Made by a program: the position numbers and the translations under genes. Of a stretch of DNA of 64,000 nucleotides, positions 19,801 to 28,209 are shown piece by piece. Positions within the stretch are counted from its first letter, which is position 1. Each line of letters opens with the position of its first letter. Origin of the DNA: Desulfosudaceae bacterium (lineage in GTDB: Bacteria > Desulfobacterota > Desulfobacteria > Desulfobacterales > Desulfosudaceae); assembly GCA_963674745.2 (NCBI GenBank), contig CAXXDV010000003.1, positions 576,001-640,000 of the forward strand. Reading direction: 5' to 3'. The notes beneath the pieces are model-generated. The model did not search any database, was not told the origin of the DNA, and saw only the letters and a program-made list of their open reading frames with translations.

Positions 19801-22800
19801 GAAAAGCCGGTATCCGAGACTGCTGCACCGGCCGTGCCGACAGGTACATTGGACAGTTCGGTTGTCCGCGAGGCGTTAAAAGTGGTGTCCGACAGCTTGA
19901 AGTCCATGCAGACCCTTCAGCAGCAAACCGCCCTGGCTCACCAGAAGTTCCTGGAAACCCAGTCGGAAGCGGGCAGGGCACTCGGCATTGTCATGGAAAA
20001 AACCCGGCATTTCAGCTCGACTGTTGCGCCTGCGGGGGATATGCCTTCAATGCCGGTGACACCGGCCCGGCCGGCGCCTGCCCCGGAACCGGAAAGAATG
20101 CCTGCCGCGCCTGTACCGCCGCCGGCCCGGCAAGTGCCGGCCCCGGTTGCACCGGCAACGCCCGGCATTGACGCCGCTGTTATCGAAAGCGCCATGCTCG
20201 ATATCGTCAGCCAGGTGACGGGTTATCCGGCGGACATGCTCGGTCTTGAAATGGACATCGAGAACGACCTGGGCATTGACTCCATCAAGCGGGTCGAGAT
20301 TTTGTCGGTGTTTGAAGAAGAGCACCCGGACATTCCCCCGGCCACACCCGAAGACCTGGCCGAGATGCGGACGCTGCAGGAAATCTGCGATCATTTGCTG
20401 TCATTGGCCGGCACCGGCGCAGCGGCAGCGCCGACCCCGGCCGCACCGGTTGCCGCCGTCCCGGCGGCAGCAGGCGTATCGGCTGCTGGTATCGAAAGCG
20501 CCATGCTCGATATCGTCAGCCGGGTGACGGGTTATCCGGCGGATATGCTGGGTCTTGAAATGGACATCGAGAACGACCTGGGCATTGACTCCATCAAGCG
20601 GGTCGAGATCCTGTCGGTGTTTGAAGAAGAGCACCCGGATATTCCCTCGGCCACACCCGAAGACCTGGCCGAGATGCGGACGCTGCAGGAAATCTGCGAT
20701 CATTTGCTGTCATTGGCCGGCACCGGCGCAGCGGCAGCGCCGACCCCGGCCGCACCGGTTGCCGCCGCCCCGGCGGCAGCAGGCGTATCGGCTGCTGGTA
20801 TCGAAAGCGCCATGCTCGACATCGTCAGCCGGGTGACGGGTTATCCGGCGGATATGCTGGGTCTTGAAATGGACATCGAGAACGACCTGGGCATTGACTC
20901 CATTAAACGGGTCGAGATCCTGTCGGTGTTTGAAGAAGAGCACCCGGATATTCCCTCGGCCACACCCGAAGACCTGGCCGAGATGCGGACGCTGCAGGAA
21001 ATCTGCGATCATTTGCTGTCCCTGTCCGGTTACGCCGGAGGTTCCGGAGTTGCGGTCGACACGGCCGTTGAACCGGTTACCGAACCTGCTGCGCCGGTCG
21101 AACAGCCGGCAGAACAGGTCCTCCGGCGGCGGATCGTTTTGCGTGAGCAGCCCGCGGGGGATGCCGGATCGCTTACCATGGCTGAAGACCGGATGATATT
21201 CGTAACCGGCAATGACCCGGAAACGGGGCAGGCCATCTGTGATCAATTAATGACATCCGGCATAAAGACCCGGTTTCTGGATAAGATCGACGGGGATGTG
21301 GATTTTTCACAAGCCGGCGGGCTGGTGATTGTTTCCAGGTCAGTGTCTGACGGGGATCTGTTGTGGACGGATGAAGATGAAAATTACGTGAAATCGGTTT
21401 TTGAGCTGACGGCACAGGCCGGTCCGGAATTGATCAACCATGCCGCAAGCGGGGAAGATGTCGTCTTCGCAGCCGTTACCCGGCTGGACGGCGCCATGGG
21501 GTTTGGCCAAAGCGTTGATTTTAATCCCCTGTATGCGGCCATGAGCGGGCTGGTGAAAACCGCCGCCATTGAATGGGATAAGGTCATCTGCCGGGTGGTC
21601 GACGTTGATCCGCAATGGCTGGATGCCGAAGCCGCTGCCGGGGCTGTCGTTACCGAAATCCTGAACAAAGAGGGCGCGCTGGAAGTCGGCCTGTCCGACA
21701 AGGCACGACGGGTCATTGAACTGGCGGAAGCGCCTTGTCCGGAAGGGGATATCCATCTTCAGCAGGGGGATGTCATTGTTGTTTCCGGCGGTGCCAGAGG
21801 GGTGACGGCCGAATGCGTCAAAACCCTGGCCGGTCAGACCCCGGCCGCCATCGCGCTGCTGGGCAGATCGCCGTCTCCGGTGGAAGAGCCCGAATGGCTG
21901 AAGCCCGTGACCGGGGAAGCAGAAGTCAAAAAGACAATCATGGCCAATGAATTTGCCGGTCAAAAGGTGTCTCCCATGGAACTGGAGGCTTCCTACAAGA
22001 AACACATGGCCAATCGTGAAATTCTTGAAACCCTGCGCCATATCCGTGACCTGGGCAGGGATGTCGTTTATTATCCGGTGGACATTCGAGACCGGGACGC
22101 CGTAAAAGCGGTTTTTGATACCATCGGACAAAACCAGGGCACCATCCGCTGCCTTGTTCACGGCGCGGGGGTGCTGGAGGACCGGTTTATCGTTGAAAAA
22201 ACACGCCGGCAGTTCGACCGGGTTTTTGATACCAAGGTAAAGGGTGTCAGGACGCTGCTTTCCGTCATCGATCCCGGCCTGTTGCGTTATGTCGTCCTGT
22301 TCTCTTCCGTCACTGCCCGTATGGGCAACAAGGGGCAGGTGGATTACGCCATGGCCAACGAGGTGTTGAACAAGACCGCGCATAAGCTCTCTTTGAGCCT
22401 GACGGACTGCAGGGCCGTTGCTATTAACTGGGGGCCCTGGGACGGCGGTATGGTGACGGCTTCCCTGAAACGGGAATTTGAAAAGAACGGCATTTCCCTG
22501 ATTCCGCTGGCGGCCGGTGCCAGTTGCCTGCTGGCCGAAATGAGCAGTCAGGATAAAGCCGACAGTGAGATCGTCATCGGAGCCGGTTTTTCAGACCTGG
22601 CCGCTGATGCCGGGGAACCGGCTGCTAAAGCGGCCGGGGTCGATCAGCAGCCCGTGACACCGGTAAAAGGCAACGGCCTGTCCATGGCGTTCGAGCGCGA
22701 GGTCAGCCTGGCGTCGTTTCCGGTATTAAAAGCGCATATGTTAAATGGTAAGGCGGTGGTGCCTTTTGCCCTGGCGGCGGAGTGGGTCGGCAGCGGCGCG

Positions 22801-23517
22801 CTTCACGCCAATCCGGGACTGCTGCTGACCGGCATCGACGATATGCGGGTGCTGTCCGGTATCACCTTGAACGGCGGCTCTGAATATATTGAGGTCCAGG
22901 CCGGAAAACCCAAAAAGAACGGTTCCGTATTCGAGGTCGATGTGCAGATCATCACCGGCCCGGATGCCGCGGACAAGCGGCTTCGATATACCGCCCGGGC
23001 GGTCTTGAGCGCCGATTATGAAACACCGCCGCCATTCACCGAACCGGCTTCACTGGCTTCGGGTAGTTATGAAAGATCAACGGCCGATGTATATGAACAG
23101 ATTCTTTTCCATGGCCCGGAACTGGCCGGTATTCGTGACATTTACGCCTGCAGCAAAGAGGGGATAAAGGCGGCCGTTGCCTGCGCGCCAATGCCGCGTC
23201 AATGGATCGCGCAGCCTTTACGGAATACCTGGCTGATCGACCCGATGATTCTGGACGCCGCTTTTCAACTGGCCATTGTCTGGTGTTATGAAAATGCCGG
23301 GGCGGTGTCCCTGCCGGTTTCTTTTAAACAGTTCCGCCAGTATCGTAAGGCCTTCCCGGCTGAAGGTGTCGTGACTGTGCTGGAAGTAAAGCAGCAGACC
23401 GACCGCAAAATGCGCGGTGATTTTACGTTCCTGGATGACGGCGGCGCCGTGGTGGCCCGGATGATTGATTACCAGGCTGTGATGGACAAGGCCCTGAAAA
23501 AGGCGTTTAAAGGTTAA
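16873..23517 (+). CDS. pfaA: PfaA-like iterative PKS/fatty acid synthase (KS-AT-ACPx3-KR-DH)
   Basis: KS DAACASS/HGTGT/GHTKAAAG, AT FPGQGSQ/GHSFG/SAAFH, three LGIDSIKRVEIL ACPs, KR GGARGVT/DYAMAN, DH H.LNG..VVP/LDAAFQ. Confidence 0.93.
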   Translation: MSQLKQARNNKDQSIAIVGMGSLFPKSANLKEYWRLLARGEDAIIEVPSSHWSTVDYYRQDTSGGDYTYCKRGGFLSPTLFDPTEFNIPPNILEATDTSQLLGLVVTRMALEDAGYGEGGRNWDRDATGVIVGVTGTQELLIPLSSRLGFPIWRKALENAGVTQEQLDLVMEQISDAYVGWQESSFPGLLGNVVAGRIANRFDLGGTNCVVDAACASSLAALNLAVLELISGRSDMMIAGGIDTLNDIFMHMCFVKTAVLSFSGDAKPFSKSADGTVLGEGLGLFVLKRLEDAERDKDKIYAVIKAMGTSSDGRSAGIYAPVAAGQAKAIRRTYDYAGISPTSVEMVEAHGTGTRVGDAVEFEALAGCFKEAGVEQGSCALGSVKSMIGHTKAAAGAASLAKTALSLYHKAIPPTLKVDEPDPKLGLDQSPFYISTTLRPWFSNRKHPRRAAMSSFGFGGSNYHLVLEEYGADKITTAWDSTVEIVAFSGASKADVVQKLGDLTGAVTEAASDISGFSTIIGRLAADARQSFNPGDKHRLLVILDLMKDDVPGVLQGAIDTINSSEQPIVSGDNLFYGISDHPDGPVGKTAFVFPGQGSQYVYMGRDLAVVFPEAHEAFETANKQFDHFHDAPEKRLSDHVFPAGYTGDRKKPAEENLRSTDIAQPAIGTVSLGMARVLTRFGLAPDMACGHSFGELTALCQAGWMDEETFLSLAAARGKYMAAAGKEPGAMMAVKEDLARIESLITENDLDLVLANRNSYDQGVLSGKEDEIERALGICKQHKIRATRLPVSAAFHTRLVQDAAKPFRDYLRKKDLAATDIAVYSNTTAGAYPKDSAEIKKILGGQILNPVNFVQEVEQMYADGARIFMEIGPKSVLTGLVKSILKGREFHALSLDASGGRKNGLVDLAKTLCFFAAAGHPVKLENWEERPPQAAREQKMRVPICGANYRKEQPKKPRRIAPIVQKPVAAPPPVIEKPVSETAAPAVPTGTLDSSVVREALKVVSDSLKSMQTLQQQTALAHQKFLETQSEAGRALGIVMEKTRHFSSTVAPAGDMPSMPVTPARPAPAPEPERMPAAPVPPPARQVPAPVAPATPGIDAAVIESAMLDIVSQVTGYPADMLGLEMDIENDLGIDSIKRVEILSVFEEEHPDIPPATPEDLAEMRTLQEICDHLLSLAGTGAAAAPTPAAPVAAVPAAAGVSAAGIESAMLDIVSRVTGYPADMLGLEMDIENDLGIDSIKRVEILSVFEEEHPDIPSATPEDLAEMRTLQEICDHLLSLAGTGAAAAPTPAAPVAAAPAAAGVSAAGIESAMLDIVSRVTGYPADMLGLEMDIENDLGIDSIKRVEILSVFEEEHPDIPSATPEDLAEMRTLQEICDHLLSLSGYAGGSGVAVDTAVEPVTEPAAPVEQPAEQVLRRRIVLREQPAGDAGSLTMAEDRMIFVTGNDPETGQAICDQLMTSGIKTRFLDKIDGDVDFSQAGGLVIVSRSVSDGDLLWTDEDENYVKSVFELTAQAGPELINHAASGEDVVFAAVTRLDGAMGFGQSVDFNPLYAAMSGLVKTAAIEWDKVICRVVDVDPQWLDAEAAAGAVVTEILNKEGALEVGLSDKARRVIELAEAPCPEGDIHLQQGDVIVVSGGARGVTAECVKTLAGQTPAAIALLGRSPSPVEEPEWLKPVTGEAEVKKTIMANEFAGQKVSPMELEASYKKHMANREILETLRHIRDLGRDVVYYPVDIRDRDAVKAVFDTIGQNQGTIRCLVHGAGVLEDRFIVEKTRRQFDRVFDTKVKGVRTLLSVIDPGLLRYVVLFSSVTARMGNKGQVDYAMANEVLNKTAHKLSLSLTDCRAVAINWGPWDGGMVTASLKREFEKNGISLIPLAAGASCLLAEMSSQDKADSEIVIGAGFSDLAADAGEPAAKAAGVDQQPVTPVKGNGLSMAFEREVSLASFPVLKAHMLNGKAVVPFALAAEWVGSGALHANPGLLLTGIDDMRVLSGITLNGGSEYIEVQAGKPKKNGSVFEVDVQIITGPDAADKRLRYTARAVLSADYETPPPFTEPASLASGSYERSTADVYEQILFHGPELAGIRDIYACSKEGIKAAVACAPMPRQWIAQPLRNTWLIDPMILDAAFQLAIVWCYENAGAVSLPVSFKQFRQYRKAFPAEGVVTVLEVKQQTDRKMRGDFTFLDDGGAVVARMIDYQAVMDKALKKAFKG
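20181..21020 (+). repeat. Three near-identical ACP-coding repeats, 309-nt period
   Basis: Units begin at about 20181, 20490 and 20799 with TATCGAAAGCGCCATGCTCGA. Confidence 0.9.
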
Positions 23518-23733
23518 GGGCACGGCACGCCGTGCCCCTACAATGCCGGGGCACGAACCCCGGTATGGCGCAGGTCGCGTATTCCCGTCCCGGCATCGTC
23601 CCATAATGCCGGAGCACGAACCCCGGTATGGCGCAGGTCGCGTATTCCCGTGGGCATCGTCCCATAATGTTGGGGCATGGATTCCGGTATGGCGCAGGTC
23701 GCGAACGCCGTAGGGGCACGGCGTGCCGTGCCC
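23518..23733 (+). repeat. REP doublet (REPIN-like) enclosing about 2.7 copies of a 61-63 nt unit
   Basis: Inverted REPs at 23518-23541 and 23710-23733. Internal unit AATGCCGGGGCACGAACCCCGGTATGGCGCAGGTCGCGTATTCCCGT...CATCGTCCCAT. Confidence 0.9.
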
Positions 23734-23792
23734 AACAATACATTACATACGGACGACAGGATGTCGTCTCCATCATTCACCATGGAGGGACA

Positions 23793-24321
23793 ATGCCATA
23801 CAACCCCGATACACACCACCGCCATTCCATTCGTTTGCGGAAATATGATTATTCTCGGGCCGGAGCGTATTTCGTTACCATTTGCACATATAACAAAGAA
23901 TGTCTGTTTGGCAATATTACAGACGGCAAAGTCCGGTTAAACGATGCCGGACGCGTGGTTGGTGGTGAATGGATCAAGACGGCAGAAATACGTAATGAAA
24001 TCCGTTGATTTGGATGAATGGGTGATAATGCCCAATCATTTTCACGGCATTTTGATCATCACCGGTATGGGCGCGGCGCGCCGTGCCCATACAATTGAAC
24101 GGTTTGGAAAACCGGTACCCGGTTCGATACCAACGATCATCCGGTCATTCAAATCCGCCGTTACAAAACAAATAAACGAATTACATCACACGCCCGGCGC
24201 ACCATTATGGCAGAGGAATTATTGGGAACATATTATCCGTAACGAATCCGAATTAAATGAAATCCGGCAATACATCAACAACAATCCGGCGCAATGGGAA
24301 TTAGGACCATCTTTATCATGA
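23793..24321 (+). pseudogene. REP-associated tyrosine transposase (RAYT, HUH/Y1 family), frameshifted near 24002
   Basis: GGAGG RBS. Frame 1 MPYNPDTHHRHSIRLRKYDYSRAGAYFVTICT; frame 2 DEWVIMPNHFHGI, IIRSFKS, WQRNYWEHIIRN...YINNNP. Flanked by REPs. Confidence 0.9.
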
Positions 24322-24331
24322 ATAATCGTGA

Positions 24332-24484
24332 GGGCACGGCACGCCGTGCCCCTACAATGCCGGGGCACGAACCCCGGTATGGCGCAGGTCGCGTATTCCC
24401 GTGGGCATCGTCCCATAATGTCGGGGCATGGATTCCGGTATGGCGCAGGTCACGGACTCTGTAGGGGCACGGCGTGCCGTGCCC
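24332..24484 (+). repeat. REP doublet, direct repeat of 23518-23733 with one fewer internal unit
   Basis: Same REP ends and the same internal unit sequence. Confidence 0.9.
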
Positions 24485-24655
24485 GATTGCGATTCACGTC
24501 TTTATCGTCACAATTCCAGCGGCGGCCGGCCGGCCCTTCTGCGGATCTGATCAATGGATCGCCGTATAAAGAGCGATAGTCGACGACCCGCCGTTCAACC
24601 TTGGATTTTCGGCGAAAATGGGGCCGATTTTAGTATCCCGTACGACAGGCGCCGA

Positions 24656-24992
24656 TCATGCCGTACCTTGAAAGTTTTCCGCCCGACATGAAATCCAGGC
24701 AGTATGCACGCCGGTATGCATGATCGTCAGTAGGCCCTGGCCGGGGATGAACAGCATGACGACGCCGGTCAGGATCAGCACCAACCCCATCGCGTTTTTG
24801 AAAATAAGTATTATGATTTTCAGCAATGGCCGTCTTTTCCCCTGCCGCGCCAGACGGCGGGTTCCATGTGTAAAATAGTCGGCGGGCATGTTGACGATCA
24901 GCCAGGGGGCGGCGATCGATGCCCACAAAAGTGAACAGGGATATGATTGTCAGCCAGAAGACCCGAGGCTTCGTGGGTTTTAACGTATTCAA
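24656..24992 (-). pseudogene. PGPGW-type small membrane protein, frameshifted and 3'-truncated
   Basis: FWLTIISLFTFV in one frame continues as ASIAAPWLIVNMPADYF...GVVMLFIPGQGLLTI in another. Confidence 0.6.
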
Positions 24993-25312
24993 TGATGACC
25001 GGATTCATGGTTGTCATTATGATCCAAAAACAGTCCGCGTCATAAAAGCGCCGGATTTAAGTCCGCTCGTTTATGCTTTTCTTGCCCAGACAAAAGGAAC
25101 CAAGTTTACTCTTCGGGACATGGATGTTTTGAACGGCTGATCCCAATGATGACCTCCGGATTCATCGTGATCATGTCGTTTTTTTGTAATCGCATTGTAT
25201 AATGTCATTATGATTAAAAGCGGCATTTTAAAAGTCCGCCGATTTATCTTTTCTTGACAGCCGGAAAGGACACCGCGTTTAAGTTTACTCTTTGAACACC
25301 CGGACGGCCTTG

Positions 25313-25495
25313 TTGGGGCATGATACCGTGTCCGTGCCGACGCATTTCGCAATCCCGCAGGGGCGACCGGCTGGTCGCCCGTAAACGCCGGCACGGCCCG
25401 TAGGGGCGCGGCGTGCCGTGCCCGATTGCGAATCACGTCCATTCAGGGTACCCCCCTCCCACGGGGGCCTGTGAAGGGGCACGGCGCGCCGTGCC
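25313..25495 (+). repeat. Cluster of four same-orientation, partly degenerate REPs
   Basis: Hairpins near 25313, 25357, 25400 and 25472. Confidence 0.8.
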
Positions 25496-25532
25496 CGATT
25501 ACCTGAAAGATGTTGAATGAAAAGGAGATCAC

Positions 25533-26934
25533 ATGCAAACCTCAGCCGCCGGAGAAGTTCAGCCCTACCGCACACTGAGCCGCCGGGAATTTTTGCGCCT
25601 GTCGGCACTGGCCTCGGCCGGTGTGATCGCCGGGTGTGCCGTCAATCCCGTAACCGGTGAAAAACAATTCATGCTGGTCTCCGAAGACTGGGAGGTTCAA
25701 GTTGACCGGGAAAACTCGCCGCACCAGTTTTCAGCGGATTACGGGGCGACGCAGGATCAGGCGCTGAACCATTATGTCAACCAGGTCGGTACCGCCATGG
25801 CCGCCCGGACGCACCGTCCGCACATGCCTTATTCCTTTCGTTGCGTCAACGCCAATTATATCAATGCCTATGCTTTTCCCGGCGGCAGTATCGCCGCCAC
25901 GCGGGGGATTATGCTGACACTGGAAAGCGAGGCCGAACTGGCCGCGCTGATGGGTCATGAACTCGGTCATGTCAATGCCCGGCACACTGCCCGGCAGATG
26001 TCCAAATCCATGCTGACCCAGGCCCTTGTAGCCGGTGTCAGCGCCTATGCCGCATCCAGAGACGAGCTTTACGGCGACATCGCCGCAACCATCGGTATGA
26101 TCGGTGCCGGCGCGCTGCTGGCCAGCTACAGCCGTGACAACGAGCGTGAAGCCGATCACCTGGGCATGACCTACATGACCCAAAGCGGTTACGGCACGGG
26201 GGGGATGGTTGAACTCATGGACATGTTAAACTCGCTTCATCATGGCAGTTCTGACGCGGTCTCTCTTCTTTTTGCCACTCACCCCATGAGCCAGGAACGG
26301 TATGACACGGCTGTCAGCCAGGCGCAAAGCGAATTTTCTCAGGCCCGGTCAAATCCCGCTCTATCGAGAGCGCTACATGGATAATACCGCTTCTTTAAGG
26401 AGAATAAAAACAGCCGTCGAGCAGTTCCAAAAGGGGGAAGCCTATATCGCCAAAAAAGATTACAATGCCGCTGAATCGGCGATTTTAAAAGGACTGAAAG
26501 TCGTGCCCCAGGATTATGCCGGCCTGGTGATCATGGCCAAATGCAAAATGGCCCAGGGCCAGCACGATCAGGCCCTGCTCTTTTCTGAAAAAGCCAGGCG
26601 GGTGTATCCCCAGGAGGCCCAGGCAAATTATATCAGCGGTTTTTCCAGCCTTCAGCTGAACCGGCTGAACGCGGCCGTGGCCAATTTCAGCGCCTACGAT
26701 AAAAAACTCCCCGGCAACCCCAACACGGTTTTCTTCCGGGGCTATGCCTATGAGAAAATGGGCAGAAAACAGCAGGCGGCCACGGATTACACCGCTTATC
26801 TCAACCAGGTGAATGCCGGCGATCAGGCCCGGCATGCCTACGATAAATTGGTCAAATGGGGGGTATATAAAACCGGCCAACCAGGCCCAGTGACCGCGTC
26901 CGGGCGGACCGTTTCCGGATCCGATTGGGTGTAG
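25533..26934 (+). pseudogene. M48 metalloprotease with C-terminal TPRs (BepA/YfgC-like), Tat-type lipoprotein; single frameshift near 26356
   Basis: SRREFL...IAGC signal, NAYAFPGG, HELGH, YSRDNEREAD, FATHP. TPR region continues in the shifted frame (PLYRERYMDNT). Confidence 0.8.
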
Positions 26935-27480
26935 GGGCGACCGGCCGGTCGCCCTTAAACATGGGTGCCACGGACACAGGGCGACCCGCCGGTCGCCCCT
27001 ACGTGCTGTCGCAATTTGACCAATCACGGGCAAGCTGACGCTTCGCCCGTGGCACCCATTAAAGAAAATACATAAACCTCATGAACCTATAATCACCTGA
27101 AGCCACAGGGCGACCCGCCGGTCGCCCCTACAGAGTTCGTGCCGGGCGTCCATATACATTCCCGTGTGTCCATGAATGATGCCGATGGCGTTCATGGTTG
27201 TTGTAGGGGCAGGCCCCCGTGCCTGCCCGGGGATAGGGCGATCCGCCGGTCGCCCCTACGGAATCGCCTCAAACGTGAACCGAGCCCGAACAACATAAAC
27301 ATGGCAAAAGGGCACGGCACGCCGTGCCCCTACAGCATTCGCGAACGCCCATCTGGCCACTTAATCCCCTCACCACAGAACACCCTAAAACTCTAAAACC
27401 CTAAAACTTTAACACCTTAAAATCCTGAAACATCCCCGAAGCAGGGCCATCCCGAATCCCGAACCTCAAATCTTGAACCG
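26931..27480 (-). repeat. REP cluster with inverted microsatellite tracts
   Basis: REPs near 26931, 26978, 27108, 27203, 27236 and 27310. CCCTAAAA/CTCTAAAA and CCCGAA units are the reverse complement of tracts elsewhere. Confidence 0.88.
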
Positions 27481-27492
27481 GTGATAGTCCCC

Positions 27493-27534
27493 TTGACATG
27501 TTCTTTGAACGGTGTTAAATTAACATTGTTCAAA
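27493..27534 (+). promoter_or_regulatory. Sigma70 promoter overlapped by a 31-bp palindromic operator (probable TetR site)
   Basis: TTGACA-N17-TAAATT, with palindrome TTTGAACGGTGTTAA-A-TTAACATTGTTCAAA at 27504-27534. Confidence 0.75.
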
Positions 27535-27548
27535 TGACAGGAGGGCCA

Positions 27549-28196
27549 ATGCCGAAAGCACCCCGCACACAGGACGAAGTTCAGGAAATCCGAAACCGGA
27601 TTCTGGACGAGGCCATTTATCTGATTACGGAAAAAGGCTTCAACAACCTGAGCATGCGGTCTATTGCCTCACGGGTGAATATGACCGCAGCCAATATTTA
27701 TAATTACTATAAAAACAAGGATGAGCTGTATCTGGACATTCAGACCCGGGGTTTTGAGCAGCTTTACGACTATCTGCAACAGGCCCTGGACGACAACCCC
27801 GACCCTCATGCCGGCATCCCGGCCGTGATGCGGGCCTACCTTGACTTTGGCATTTCGTTTCCCAGCCTGTATGAGATCATGTTTATACTCAACACCCCCA
27901 AGTACGCCGATTATCAGAACACCAGCCTGGAACCGGATGCCTATGTTGAGAAGGAGACGGCCATGAAAGCGGCGCGCCTGCTGGTGGAAGCGATAACCGG
28001 CATTCCACCCGAAGTGTCCCGGGTTGAAACCGGGGAGGCTTTTGCCCTTATGACCCAGGTCTGGACCGCCCTGCACGGTATTGTCAGCCTTTACAACAGC
28101 CGGGTGCTTCAGGAAGTGGAAGCGGATACCGAAGCCTTTATCAATCGCTGCATCAACACATACAGCCGGTTTTTTGTCCTTGATACCGGTGTTTAA
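27549..28196 (+). CDS. TetR-family regulator
   Basis: HTH ILDEA..LITEKGFNNLSMRSIA...TAANIYNYYKNKDEL, C-terminal WTALHG, GGAGG RBS. Confidence 0.92.
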   Translation: MPKAPRTQDEVQEIRNRILDEAIYLITEKGFNNLSMRSIASRVNMTAANIYNYYKNKDELYLDIQTRGFEQLYDYLQQALDDNPDPHAGIPAVMRAYLDFGISFPSLYEIMFILNTPKYADYQNTSLEPDAYVEKETAMKAARLLVEAITGIPPEVSRVETGEAFALMTQVWTALHGIVSLYNSRVLQEVEADTEAFINRCINTYSRFFVLDTGV

Positions 28197-28209
28197 AAGG
28201 AGTTGCCAT

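Noticed and set aside
28081..28209. Longer N-termini given by the ORF track (also 4843, 14954, 37667, 47998)
   Set aside because: They overlap upstream genes, repeats or promoters; downstream starts have better RBS support.
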